A stretch of 64,000 nt of DNA. It comes from Tubiluchus corallicola. Lineage: Eukaryota; Animalia; Priapulida. Shown here one piece after another: positions 47,251-60,120 of the stretch; the first letter of the stretch is position 1, and every line of letters begins with the position of its first letter. A program made the position numbers and the translations under genes. Under the pieces are notes generated by a model that did no database searches, had not been told where the DNA came from, and saw only the letters and a program-made list of their open reading frames with translations. The stretch spans positions 634,396 to 698,395 of the forward strand of contig JAQGDQ010000012.1 of the NCBI GenBank assembly GCA_030141605.1, read 5' to 3'.

Positions 47251-50200
47251 ATGGCGTTGGAAGAAGTTGTGTACGAATATTTTTCGGAAACTGCTGGAGA
47301 GTGGTATGATAGTAGTGAGTATCACTTTGTATATTATTTTTAAGTCTAATAACATTAGCTTTTATGTGAATTTAGAATTCATTTTGTATTGATGCAGGTC
47401 TTATTATTGTAATAATTTAATAATTGTATGTGTGACTGTACGGTGGTCTTGTGAAAAACTGATCCGGAATTTATCACCAAGTTTGTCATTTGGCAGTTTT
47501 TGTATCAACTTTGATATTTTTTCTATTTTAATCGTACTCCTGATCCCTTTCTCAAAAAATACTTGTCTGTACTTTCATTGCGATATCAGTTTTTCCGTAA
47601 GCCAAATAAAGAGGTCTATCCTAAGATTCATATTGCTTTGCCACTAAAGTTTTAGTGCTGTTGCACTACTGCTATTGCTAAGGGCCACATACTTTCATTC
47701 TTCTTATGTTAATGACGTTTCTCTGAACGCTACAAGACAGCTAATCTGTAGTTGTGGTTGAGCGTAATCATTGATGCTAATTCTGAATAGAAGACGCGAA
47801 CCAGATGTGAATATCATGTGTGGAGAATGATACATTACATTTTAGCGTTGGACAGAGAGTTTATATTCGTCCGGGTTCTTTAACTGAAATGAGCCCATAT
47901 GGTAAGAGGTTCATGGTTCAAACTGCACATTGCCGCAGTCTGCAAAAGAGAAATGTTACCGGTGTGCGGTGAGCTCCTGGTACTAATTTATGTATGAAAT
48001 GAAACGCATCACATCAGCAGAAGATCCATGTTGTAAAAACGAATAGGTGACATTGAAAAATAACGCCTTTGCTTTAGTTACAAAATTGTGTGTGTAAATT
48101 TTTTGAATAAAATCAACTTAGCATCCTTTAAATGAATTTCTTTCTAGTCACTAATTCAGGTCTTTACCTTTTATACAAAAATGTCATCTTGGATTTCTGT
48201 TTTGGCGTTCCTCTAGTCTATTATCTCTATTACGCCCCAGATGTTGCTACTGTGTGTAACAGTAGTTGAACAGCAGCTGATGTGGAATGCAGTGACGTGT
48301 TCATTTTGCGCTTTTAACCCTTTCTTGTTCATTGGTGGTTGCTTCATTTAAATTTTAAGCAGCTTTCCAAAACACGATCCACGATAGCTAGCGTTGAATA
48401 ATTGAAGATTAGAACTGTACCCATATGACAATTATGCGTACTTGAGTTGCAGTCTGCAATTTATAAATAATTTTTTATGTACACGTTTACATGTTTCTTA
48501 GGTCGCTAATTTTTAAACTTCTTTCTCAGGCTTATAAATCTGCATGGTAACTTTTCCCGTTGCCGACTGTCCCGAATCCCGACTCCGTTATCGTCACATG
48601 AAGATTGGTATTTCTGGATGCTGACTAGACAGTCAGGACAAATCCAATAAATTATTGAGTTAAATTAAGGAGATGCCAAACTTTCTTGATTAATCCCTAT
48701 GTAATTTTTCCCATGGAATCAAATAAACGAATGGACCAATTTGTATTTTGCATATTTAATGAGCTAATTTGCGCAAATTATCTCATTAAGCTCATTATCT
48801 CAATTATTTCATTATCTCATTTGAGCAAATTAGTGCATAAACGTCATAAAATGTTTTCATTATTTATGCACTAATTTTCAATATCGCTCAAAATGTATAT
48901 AAATTTGTGGTTATTTATATAACTTCAATAGATTTCGTTACCATGGCTCCATATTTGCCACACATTACGTGTATTTTGTGTAATCGTATCTGTAAACATT
49001 TGTATATATTACGAAAATACAAGCAATAGGTATTTTGTTATCATGGCCCTATATTTACCACATTATCAGTACGCGTACTTTGTGGAATGATATCCACAGA
49101 AATTTGCGTATATTACGAAAATACAAGCAAATACGATTTCTAGTAAGATGTTCTGTGAATGTCCGTAAAATTAATCTAAGTTAAAGTGTCTCTAGATGTG
49201 CACTGTGTGTTTTCCCCTGAAACTGAAATAGGGACCATTTGGTATCTTCCGTAAATAATGAACTAATTATTGCATATTGTATTGAGTGTCGGATACAACC
49301 TATGGATGTTGCGTTTTGCTTTGGGCACATTTCATTGTAATAGTCATGGATCTGATAGCTCTTACTATTGTTGCAAAAGCGTCAGCATTTATTGCAAAGT
49401 TAATTTCGTTGAGTTTGTTCTGATAAATTTGCAGTAATTAAGATAACAATTACGATTTTAATTCAATTTAAGCTAAAATGTTTTCAAAAATATTGAGGGA
49501 CCAGTTGCATATACAAAACATTGGTCTGTAACCCTTTTGCATATACTGAATGAATTTATTTGCAAAACTGTTTGCCCATATACTGAACGAATTTAAATAC
49601 AAACCTGTTTGCATATGCTGAATTAAGTATTTATAATTAGATAATATCCATATTATGTACAACTTTTTGGAGTTTCACGTGTGTTAATTTACATCTGCTA
49701 AGTACATTTGTTACTAACTCATCTACTGAATGAACCTGCATGAAAACATTGTTTGTGAGGATTATTCATAATTTATTGTCAAATTTGCATATATTAGCCA
49801 TTTATTTTGAAACAACGCTCTTGCAGCGCCTGATCACGAACGTGGAAAGCTAAAAGTCACGTGTGAAAGTAGCAAAGTAGAAACCTGGGTTAGGGGCCCA
49901 TGACAATGACGTGACATGACCATTACAAAATGGTCTCAGGATCTCCAATTTGTGTTACTTGTGGCCATATTGTTTATAGTGCTACTACTTGCCATAAGCT
50001 TATCCTGGATATTCATAGAAGCTGCTTATAAATCCGGGTTTTCCCATGTGCTTTTTACTAGTGAAAATTGGGCCTTCCATCAGTAAGCCATTGGAGCGCC
50101 ATTTTGAGGGTCAAGTTGCCCGAAACCCAGTGAAAACATAGTGATTACTGTTGACCGCTTGCCTTAGAGCAGATGGTCATATGAATAACAGTGCAAAATT

Positions 50201-53200
50201 GTTTCCTTAAAAACTACAAGACACTTGTTCAAGAAGTGAATCAACTGATTTCTCATGAGAGTGCCATTTATCTGGATTGGTATTCGATATCTCCAGGAGA
50301 TATGAAATTTGTATAACAAAATGTGATTTTCTCAATTTAAGAGGCATTATTGAGAAAGAAGATACGACGGCAAGATAATTATTACTTTCTTTCAACTGTT
50401 TTGCCTAGAAGATCTCCATGTAGAAGAAACCAGGGTGCTTGCAAAGCCATTTCTATTTGTCGAAAATTTTGAAGTCATAGTTTTGGCCCATATTAATAGT
50501 AATTGTGCACAATTTATCAAAGTGCACAAATTATCTCATTAAATATGCAAGATACATTTGCTTATTCGATTCTGCGAGAAAAATCTCATAAGAATCAATC
50601 GAGAAAATGTGACCCCTTCCCAGATCAATTACTAGTAAACAGGATTTGCTCTGACTAAGACTGCTTCGTGGACGTGTTGCAGTACCTTCTTGTGCAAAAC
50701 CTGCATATTTTTCTTTTGAGATTTCTGACAGAGAACTTAATAAAAAATTTAAGATCCTCAATATCCTCAGTTCCGGTTGTTTTACATTCTTACTGTCTTA
50801 CGCTCTTGCTCCTTGTTCACTGCATAGGCGTTAAATTTTGAGAGTGCACCAATTTTCGATATGTATAATTAATAAAAATGTTAATATGTAATTTTGGAGT
50901 TGTTTGTCTAGAACTTGTTAGAAGAATCTCTTGGCCGTACAGTTTTTTTGTAACTAATGCTTTACTATAATGCTAAGCAAAAAATAATGTAAACTGCAAC
51001 TGAAATGTGTTTGAGGTTTTTGTCTTTTAACTTTGTCTTTTTACATCTCGCGTATAAGATGATTGAGTGCTAGAATTCAGTGATAGTATGTTGGAGAGTT
51101 ATTGGTTACGCTTATTAAGTTTTTAATTTGGCGCCATGGATAGAGGGCGCCCTTAAACGTACCCCAAAATCAATTTATATCACACTTTCAGTATATCAGT
51201 GAAACTGCGAAAATGTTCTTGCGAAAATGCTCTTAAATAATGAATTTGGCCATGAAGATAACTTATTAGCCACTCTAGTTTTCAAATTGGTGTGTTTCGT
51301 CGGGGTGCCCCTTAAGTACTCTAAAATCAATTTAAATTACACTTTCAGTTCATCAATGAAACTTTGCGAAATGTTCTTTCTATCTTGCTAAGAGTGACTA
51401 ATAAGTTATCACTACGGCCAAATTCATTATTCAAGAGCAACTGGTCTTTCTTCAGTAAAATCGAAAAAACATTTTCACGATGTTTCATTGTTGCGCCAAA
51501 AACTGAGTATAATTGAAGACAAAGTGCCAATTAAGTATTAATTTTTTTATTTTTCACGAGCTTTCATGATTTACGGACTTCGTCAGCTGAAATTTACTTG
51601 TATGGCCTAGAGATTTTCAAAATCTTTCTTTTGTTTTTTGCATAATTATGTACTAACTGTTTTAGTAATTTAGATAAATTCTTTGCTTGAATGTATACCT
51701 CTGTCAGCTCCTAGATTACTTGTTTTATTTGCTGTTCGTAAAGCTGATGTTCACTCTGATCTCCATCTGGCTGCAAAACTTGGAAAGACATTGTTAGAAC
51801 GCAACAAGGAGTTAGCAGCAGCACTGAGAAGTCAACAGCAACAGTGTGAAGAGCAAGCCCTGGAAATTGAGGTGATTTTTTTGATTGCAGAAGTAGAATG
51901 GCTCACTGTTTCACTTTGGGTTAATAGGTCAGGGTCAGTGGATTTAATAATTAGATTTTGATTAGCTTGAAAAATATATTAGCCCGTGCATCAAAACTTG
52001 GAAACGCTTTAGAGGCGATATTGTACTGAAGCTTGACATGCGTAAAAGATCAAACGAATGATGGCTATCCTTTGCTTTAGTTTAGGCTTTTGGCGAGCAA
52101 TACGAGTTATTCCACATTAAACCGCAACACTTGTTTAAAGGCAATGCTAGAAGAGTAAGCCTAGTGTAGCAATGCAACTGCAAAATTGTTCAAACACTAG
52201 CCAATGGAAATGTACAGCAAGAATTGTGTTTCAAAGTGGTTCACGAATGGGAAACTAAACTTACTTGACCAAGTTATTGTACCCGATGAGAGACATATAC
52301 GGGTACTATACGACACAATATGTATTTTAAATGGGTAATTTGTGACTATTAGTCAGGGTCAAAGGTCAGTTAAACTCAAAAACTGTAGGGAGTTTGGTTA
52401 TCAAGCTTGGGTAACTTTTAACACCACATGGGAGACACATTTAATGTGGTGGACGGTTTAATTGACAAAAGTCAAGTTTGTAACCGTGAAAAGATAAAAT
52501 CAGATCAGATTGGTACTTGGTAGCAAATGGAAAAACTGTAAAACCCGATTAATACCAAATTTTGTATGCCAGAGATTTCTGACATTGCTGCGACACAGCA
52601 AATCAAAGTCTGACAACTGCGACGTGTGCTATCAAGGGCAAATTTAACTAATTACAATGATGTGTTCATTAAATTTACCTTATTTAATATCATATAGATG
52701 GTTGTAACATTTTATTTATTGTAATTGTAATATTTTACCATTTTCGATGTCCATTGTGCAAGAAATAATACTTGGTTACGACGAACACTTCAGCTGAGAA
52801 TGAGTTGATGAGTCGTGGGTCACTAAATGAGGACTAAGAACATTTATATTCTAAATTATATATAGGTCGCGGTTTAAGAAATATAGGAATAGTAAAAAGT
52901 AGCAAATGCTAAGAAAAATAAACATCACAGATAAATGTTATAGCACTTTCTGCGGTTTACTAGTCAGGAATCAAAAATTTACATGATATAATTACTTCAT
53001 TTCTTAGGTACGTTGATTGCACTTATTGCAACCCTAAATTGTTTAATTTTAGTATTCCACTATACGGATTTATTTCTGGCTATCCAGGCTTGCTAATGGC
53101 ACGCGTAGGCCTATTTTTCTGATATTGTGCCGTATAATGCAAAATGGTATTGCATTCTAATTTCTGCGTATTTTTTGTTATAAATTGATTCTGCCAAACG

Positions 53201-56200
53201 ATAAATTGTCGAGTATTTCGACGTTAAACAAATCGTAATGCTTTATCATTTTTTCTTTTTTATGTGAAAACTAAACACCATTTATTAGTTAGCTGGGTTT
53301 TCACCAACCTAATGAATTTGATTGAAATTTGCATTTTACCGTCATCTGCAATGGTGTACAGCATGCAGACTGTAGTCTGCAACATTAGCGTGGATTTAGT
53401 GCATGGCGTGGAACGTGTTCCTTGATACCTATGTAAACTGTGAAAGGTACTTTTCTGGCAAATTACCAGTACCCCACATGCTCTTTGCGTGCGGGTAATT
53501 TTCCTAATTTGCAAGTTCTCTGATCATTTTCTGCTGGTTAGACCAGTTGAGGAGAGGTGCGGTATATTTTTTAATATAATTTACTTTCTTGCCGGAATTT
53601 CTTCCCAATATACTAAGCATACAACTAGATAACAACTGCTCACAGTAACGTGACCCACGCTTGTTACAACATCTGTTTTGTACTAAGCTCAGAGCACATT
53701 AGCTGCAATGATTTGGATTTTTAAAGTGTACTAATCTGTTTATGGAAGGAGGGTAGCAGGAAGTCTTTTTATTTTGTTGCAGTGTTGTAAAATACCCAAA
53801 TGGTCGATTTCAAATATATATTTAATGTAGTTGGTTCACTTTCTTTTACTCTCTTCAACTCTAGTATTGACACCACTTATCATAAAAGTCTAATTATTTT
53901 GTCACGTTCTTGTTTCTTTAAGTAAAGCGTATTCACAATGATTGCATTTTCGCATTGCCTGACCCAGTAGCAAAATTATAACCGTTCCATGCCTGTAGAT
54001 GTAGAAACATAGGCTATAATTGGGTTAAAATTGCCACTGCTTTGGTAACAGTCTTGTGAAACTTGCGCTGATTGACATTCTCTACTCACAGCGTTTGCTT
54101 AAAATTAAGCGTATCCTAAAATATTGAAACATAGACGAAAGCGTTTTATAGGTGATACAAATGAATTCTTTTGCGTTGCAAAAACGTAATCGTCAGGTTA
54201 TCGACGAAGGATTCAAGGATTACCAGTCGAGGGACGGGTTGGGACCTCTAGTCATATGGTCGTTTTTGAAATTGAAATTTTCTGTACGTATGCGTGGGAA
54301 GCACGGAAAAGTTTATTGTGAAATGGGGCAAACACACGCTTAACAGGCGACATTGTCACAATGCGGTGCAAAAATGGTCACAGTATTTTGCTTTAATAAC
54401 ATGTCTGTTTTTGTAAATAAACGTCTTGTAGTGATTTTATATAAGCGACGTATGTACGTATGCGCTACCTTAGAAGCTTGTAATACCTACTTATAACAAA
54501 TCAGCCAATCTTCTTTGGTCACTACCTAATTTCAATTCTGTCTTTACAATATAAAATGTTACGCATACATGCTGTTCGTTCGCAAATTTTAGTATTTAGT
54601 GGTCAGAGCTCTGCAGTAGTAATGTGTGCCAGTGAGTCACCATAGAAATGCAAAAATTTCAAACTCTTTTGAGTGATTAACAGTTAAAGTATCAAATAAG
54701 TACCAGATTTTTAGTGGGGTAGTCAGTGACTTTTGGTGGATGGTTGCAAGTCACAGGTCCGTTACAACTAAAAACTGCTTGGAGTTGTGGAGTGGGTAAT
54801 TTAAGTACTGGATAAAGACTTGAGTGGCTAGTTCAACGCCAAACATCGATTACAACTGTAAGGAGTCGAGCAGTTAAATTTGGGTGACTCAGTAACTAAT
54901 GCTTGATAGTGTGTTAGCTGGTGACCTTTTTTTGGTTGCGTGGTTGACGATCCAAATCATATTTTCGGATCAAAAACTATATAGAATTGGGCAACCAAAT
55001 TTTACTAACTTTCGCTAACAAAAATTTGTCAAGCCATGAACATGATCAGTAAGCTGGAAGCTATTATAACACATTTTCAATTGATGGCCTAACAGCTTTG
55101 CAAAAATATTGAAGTTAACGAGAAAAATTGGCCATAAATGCTGTATGTCTATAATACACACGCGTTTTTATCGTACCAATTTTAAATAGACGGCAAAAGT
55201 AATAGACCTAATGCAGCCAATGCAATTATACTTTTCCGATGCACTTTTGCCGGTCACTTAAGTTACTCAACTTCGTTGAAGAGCACCTTGCTTTTGCTTT
55301 TTACATTTTTTTAGTCGCTATTTTTGCTTTTGCTACTTTTGCTCACTATAACAAAGCACAGGTCTTTTAGTGTTAATGAGCTTGCGGATTAAGATCCCAT
55401 GGAATGAGGAAGTATGCACATCCTCACTTTCTTTTGTCAGTATTGTTTATCTGCTTTAACATCTCGTGAGTCTTTTACCTGTGTTCGTTGTTAATTAATG
55501 CTGTTATTCTTTCAGTGTTCTCGCTTTATTTTACAGTTTTGCCTCAAGCAAACTTATCAGAGCTTTGGTTTTTAGAATATATGCAGCCATACATAGCAGA
55601 GTACTAAGAGTTTGAATCTCCTTTGGACTTAATCTTTGTTGTTGACATCAGTTTTAATTATCCTTGTTATTACATTCTTTAGCGCGTCACTAACGTGACT
55701 TTTTACTTTACATTAACAGTAGAATGGTGACATGCATTTTTAGACTTTAATAATCTTGCAAATCATAGGCACAATATAAATTTTGCTTATATGTTTTGAA
55801 AAGCGTATACATATAAGAATTTTGATTTATACACATGAGCTTCGTTTGTGAAAGTAGCTCTAGTTGAGTCGATAGAATTTTCGTTGCATGTATAGCATTG
55901 CACTAAAAAGGAATTGGTCGCCTACTTATATTATTTTGCATAATATGTTCGTATGTGATAAATTAAATCACCACTAACGCTCTAGAAATTACAAAGTTCA
56001 ATGTATTTTTTTGAAAATTTGTATCCTAAAATCAGTTAATTTTAACCTATATTAAATAGACGTATAAAAGCGGAAAATATGTAGGTGGTAACTTTTGCGT
56101 AGTAATAGGAAAAGTAGAAGCTGGTTTGTTATCTCTGACCTTTCAAATGACTTAAAAACAATAATCGAGTTGACAACGTTTTGCTTGCAGATATAGTTAG

Positions 56201-59200
56201 ATTTGCTATTTTTACTCTGTTGGTTGTTTTGCTTTGTAGTATTAGTTGGATGTGAAAATAAAGTGATAACGCATAAATATGACGCATATTAACTAATAAA
56301 TAAAAAGAAATAGTTAAACTTAAACATGGGAATGTGTATATAACAAAAATAAAATAAAATAAAAATCATGCGTATATAAAATTTACAGCATGTATAAACC
56401 GCTAAGATCGTATTTAGTTTATATTTATATTAAGTAAATACCTCTATTTTTCCACTAAAACATTCCTCACTTTTAGTTTCTAGCTTTGTAATGTTTTTCC
56501 AATGTTTAAGTGATTCTGAATTTCCCCTATTTTAGCATCTTAACAAACAAGTTGAATCAATAAAACAACGGAACGAGTCTCGACTGCGCGTTTATGAACA
56601 GATGGACTGCTCTATGGTGGAACTGGAGAAGAAGAATGAAAAACTTCGACAGGAAAGAATAGACGACAAAGAGAAACTAAAACGGTATATTTAAACAACC
56701 CCAAAATCTAACGCTTGAATAATTAGCGTTCCCGAAGTATTTGTCTATCTAGCATAGCCATTAGTCAGTTCGATCTTTTTTCCATTTGGCCGACTTCACG
56801 GTGCTTTTTCTACTTGCTCTGTTTCTTCTCTGCTCTATATTTTATTATTGTATCACACAGTGTGGTGAGTTTATTTTTTGTCTAAAGATTTATATAGACT
56901 ACAATAAATGAAAAGCAGGCCAAGCTGGTATTTCATTTTCCAAGTCTTCCTTGGCTGACATTTTGATTACGTATTAGATTTTAAAACGTGAGAATAATGT
57001 CATGTACTCGTCTTTGACGCTGGCTGAAGTCAATTTTACAGCATTTTCTATAATTAGATGTGGCATTGAATAAATACTTATGGTCATTACATTTTGACAA
57101 TTGCCAGGCGTGTTAGCTGACCCAGATTCAGTGACGGGTAGTTTAAATTATTTCGCGTAGACTGCTAATTGAAGTACGCAGTACACCGACAGCTGGAGTG
57201 TTAGCGATGTAATTATCTCCAGTTTTCTTGTGAAAAAAATTACGCCAACAACAAAGTTTAATTTTGTGTCTCATCAGATTATTTTAATTAGTTGTGTAGT
57301 AAGTGTGTAAACAAATAATTACATTAGTAAAAACATGTATGCAAGCACATCACAAACGAACAAACATAGTCTATTTCCACTGAGAAATTGTTTTGTGATT
57401 AGTTTATTGTGACGATTTGCTGGAAAATAAAAGAACACACAAAAATTATTGATCAACCATCTTACGTATACGTACTACTAGGTAGCCTAGGTTACATCTT
57501 TCAGTAACACCTGCTTGCATTCAGGCTAATGAAATATTAAAACTGTGTGATTTCACTGCTCGGCTTGTAATTCTTAGTGGAAAAACTGACCGTTTATTCG
57601 ACAGCTTGCGCTACCTATATGAACCAATAATAGACATAAATGCTTTCCTAGCGTCAAAATTACTATAATTACACAAAATATTTTTATCGCTGTGATTATG
57701 ATCATATGGTTAATGGCTATTGTCATCATCACTATGGTCAAAATATCGATTCTCTACAACAAACTGATGAGTTCAAGTGTGGAATAATTTTTTAATTATA
57801 TTTCAGTCCAAAACTTTGCTATTTTTTCTAGCTTATCTGAACACATAGACCTTTTGCAATTACAAAATGATGAACTGCAGTCACTTGTGTCACAACAAGC
57901 TCACGGTTGCCGTGGTAAGGAACAGTGTGAACGACACTCTTTTCTGGAACCGACTACACTCAGGCGCTACCGTAGCTTTGAGAATGGTTTTTCGGACAGA
58001 ATCTTTGAAGACAATGAGGTTGCATGCAATGCTGAGATACGCAGGTAGATAATTTGTTTATGGCTGATCATGTTTTGTTGCAAGTACTTCATTAATGATG
58101 GCACTCTAATTGTTATTAGAAAAGTCATATGCGATTTCATATCTGAATGTACAGATAATCATGTGTGTGAGTATGTTTACTAATTTTTAAGATAATTATA
58201 AGATAGCTAACGTTTTTCTTGCATTGTGCTTTGCCGATACCGTATATCGATTTGCTGGTGGATTCAGTTAATTTATTTTATCGCCAGGCTTGTAATATAT
58301 TAATCAAAATAGAAAAACTATTTCTATTTCTCTTGTTAAAAAACAGTTGTTTCTGCTAGTTTATCGTGGTGGTGGACAGCGCAGGAATGTGCTGCCATCT
58401 ATAGAAACAGAATTAAAACGTTTAGCTTATCGGAACTACATGACACCTAACTTGAGCTTGTGCAACTGCCTGTAGGCACAAAAGATTATATACTTAAAAT
58501 GGTTTTGAAATGGCAAAACTTATCATGTGAAACCCAATTAAGGCAAACGTGTATGAGGTATCTCGTTTTTTAAATATTGTAATTTTCTTTGCTAAGCTAA
58601 TAAGATGTTGCAAGCCTATTTTTGTTTTCAGTAAAAAAGTTTGTTTGCTACAAATAGGTTGAGGATTCTAACTATACAGGCTGATTTGATGGTGCTGGCG
58701 ATAATGATTATGATGATGATGATTATGATGATGGTTTTATCAGTGAGTTATACCAGAAAATAAAATTATTTGTTGAGTATGCATGTGAAAACTATGTGCT
58801 TTTTTGGTCTGTTTATCATCAGTTGTGATTCATTTGCTTGATTAGGTTACAAGGGTGTGTAAAATATTTGAAAAAGCAGCAGACTTTGGAGAGGCAACGA
58901 CGCAATGATGCAGAAAAAGAGATTTCTTCTTGTTTACAAGAAAACGTGAGTCTTCAACAAAAACTAGAAGAAGCTGAGTTGATATTTCAAGCAAAAATTA
59001 CCTCACTGAATAATGAGTTGCAATCATCTGAATGTAAATTTCACACCAAACATTGTCCAACATGTAGTGAGAAGTTGAAATCTCAAAACTGCACATTTGA
59101 GTCTGAATTTGAAAATGAGGACCAGGCCGAGTTTCGAAATCCTGCCAGATTTAGACTTCGAAGTGGAAGCAGTCTGTATGGAAGTCAGAAATCGTTAAAC

Positions 59201-59539
59201 ATTAATAAGCAGGACATTGTCGAAGAAGAACGACAACCAATCCTTAGTGAAATACATTCCCATTATCATGAGTTGGTGCAAAAATATGAAGACATATTGG
59301 GTAAACATGACTGCAGTGGTAGTAAAACAGGAAAGTCTGTACATATAGACAGTTCATTCAAGGATGCAACTGTACAGGCTGATCCGTCGTGGTTTAGTGA
59401 TACTAAACATTTGCTCCCGAAAAGTGATAAAAACATTCCTGAGTATAAGAAACTGTTCAAAGAAATTTTTGACACATTACAAAGGCAACATCAATGTTTT
59501 TACACACCTAGAGCACCCACCACTAATACCATTGTTTAA
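47251..59539 (+). CDS. CDR2: Cerebellar degeneration-related protein 2-like coiled-coil protein; exons 47251-47314, 51744-51871, 56536-56684, 57832-58044, 58846-59539 (415 aa)
   Basis: MALEEVVYEYFSETAGEWYDST|DVHSDLHLAAKLGKTLLERNKEL...EQALEIE|HLNKQVE...VYEQMD...|LSEHIDLLQ...; C-terminal PEYKKLFKEIF. All are CDR2/CDR2L hallmarks; phases are consistent (1248 nt). Confidence 0.88.
48941..49135. repeat. Diverged tandem duplication of about 100 bp in CDR2 intron 1
   Basis: catggc...atattt...cacatta...tatattacgaaaatacaagcaa occurs twice. Confidence 0.7.
51128..51500. mobile_element. Foldback/MITE-like element with nested direct and inverted repeats
   Basis: Ends tttggcgc/gcgccaaa; inverted pair at about 51231-51278 and 51388-51437; direct pair at about 51150-51220 and 51310-51378. 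Confidence 0.55.
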
Positions 59540-60120
59540 ATGCACAGTTTATTGCTCATACCATTTCTTACTCTTATTTATGTGCAGGCTTTTTTATGTA
59601 CATGTATAGGCAAAAGAAACCATACATCTTTGTATTTAAAACAATTAATAAGTTAATAAATATTTGTTTATATTTTATGTAACTAAGGAAACTTGTGTTG
59701 GGTTTTGTTAAATTGGCTAATGTTTCATGGCTAATACACATCTTTTCGAGAGATATTTCACATCTTTCAACCATATGCCAAAATATGTTTAATATTAACA
59801 AATGTGTCAAAAGACTCCCAAATAAGAAACAATAAGACATGTTGTAGTAACTATAGTGTTAAAGCTGAGATGTTAAAACTAGTTTGACTATTGTACTATT
59901 GTAATCTCACAGGCGATTTTGTAATCTGCAATTAGAATGAGTACAAACATAGCGGTCACTCATAGTCACTATACTGCATTTTTGTTAAAAGTGACGGAGA
60001 TGTTGAAACTTGTTCATCTAAAGTATTGTCAATGACAATTCTAGCACAATATCACAAATTATGCATAAATGCACTCTACAAAACATAAATCATTGTAGGA
60101 TTTACCTATTTATTTTTATG

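Noticed and set aside
57763-57800. Hammerhead ribozyme core at CTGATGAG
   Set aside because: No stem II followed by GAAA; the other CTGATGA/TCATCAG sites I checked also failed.
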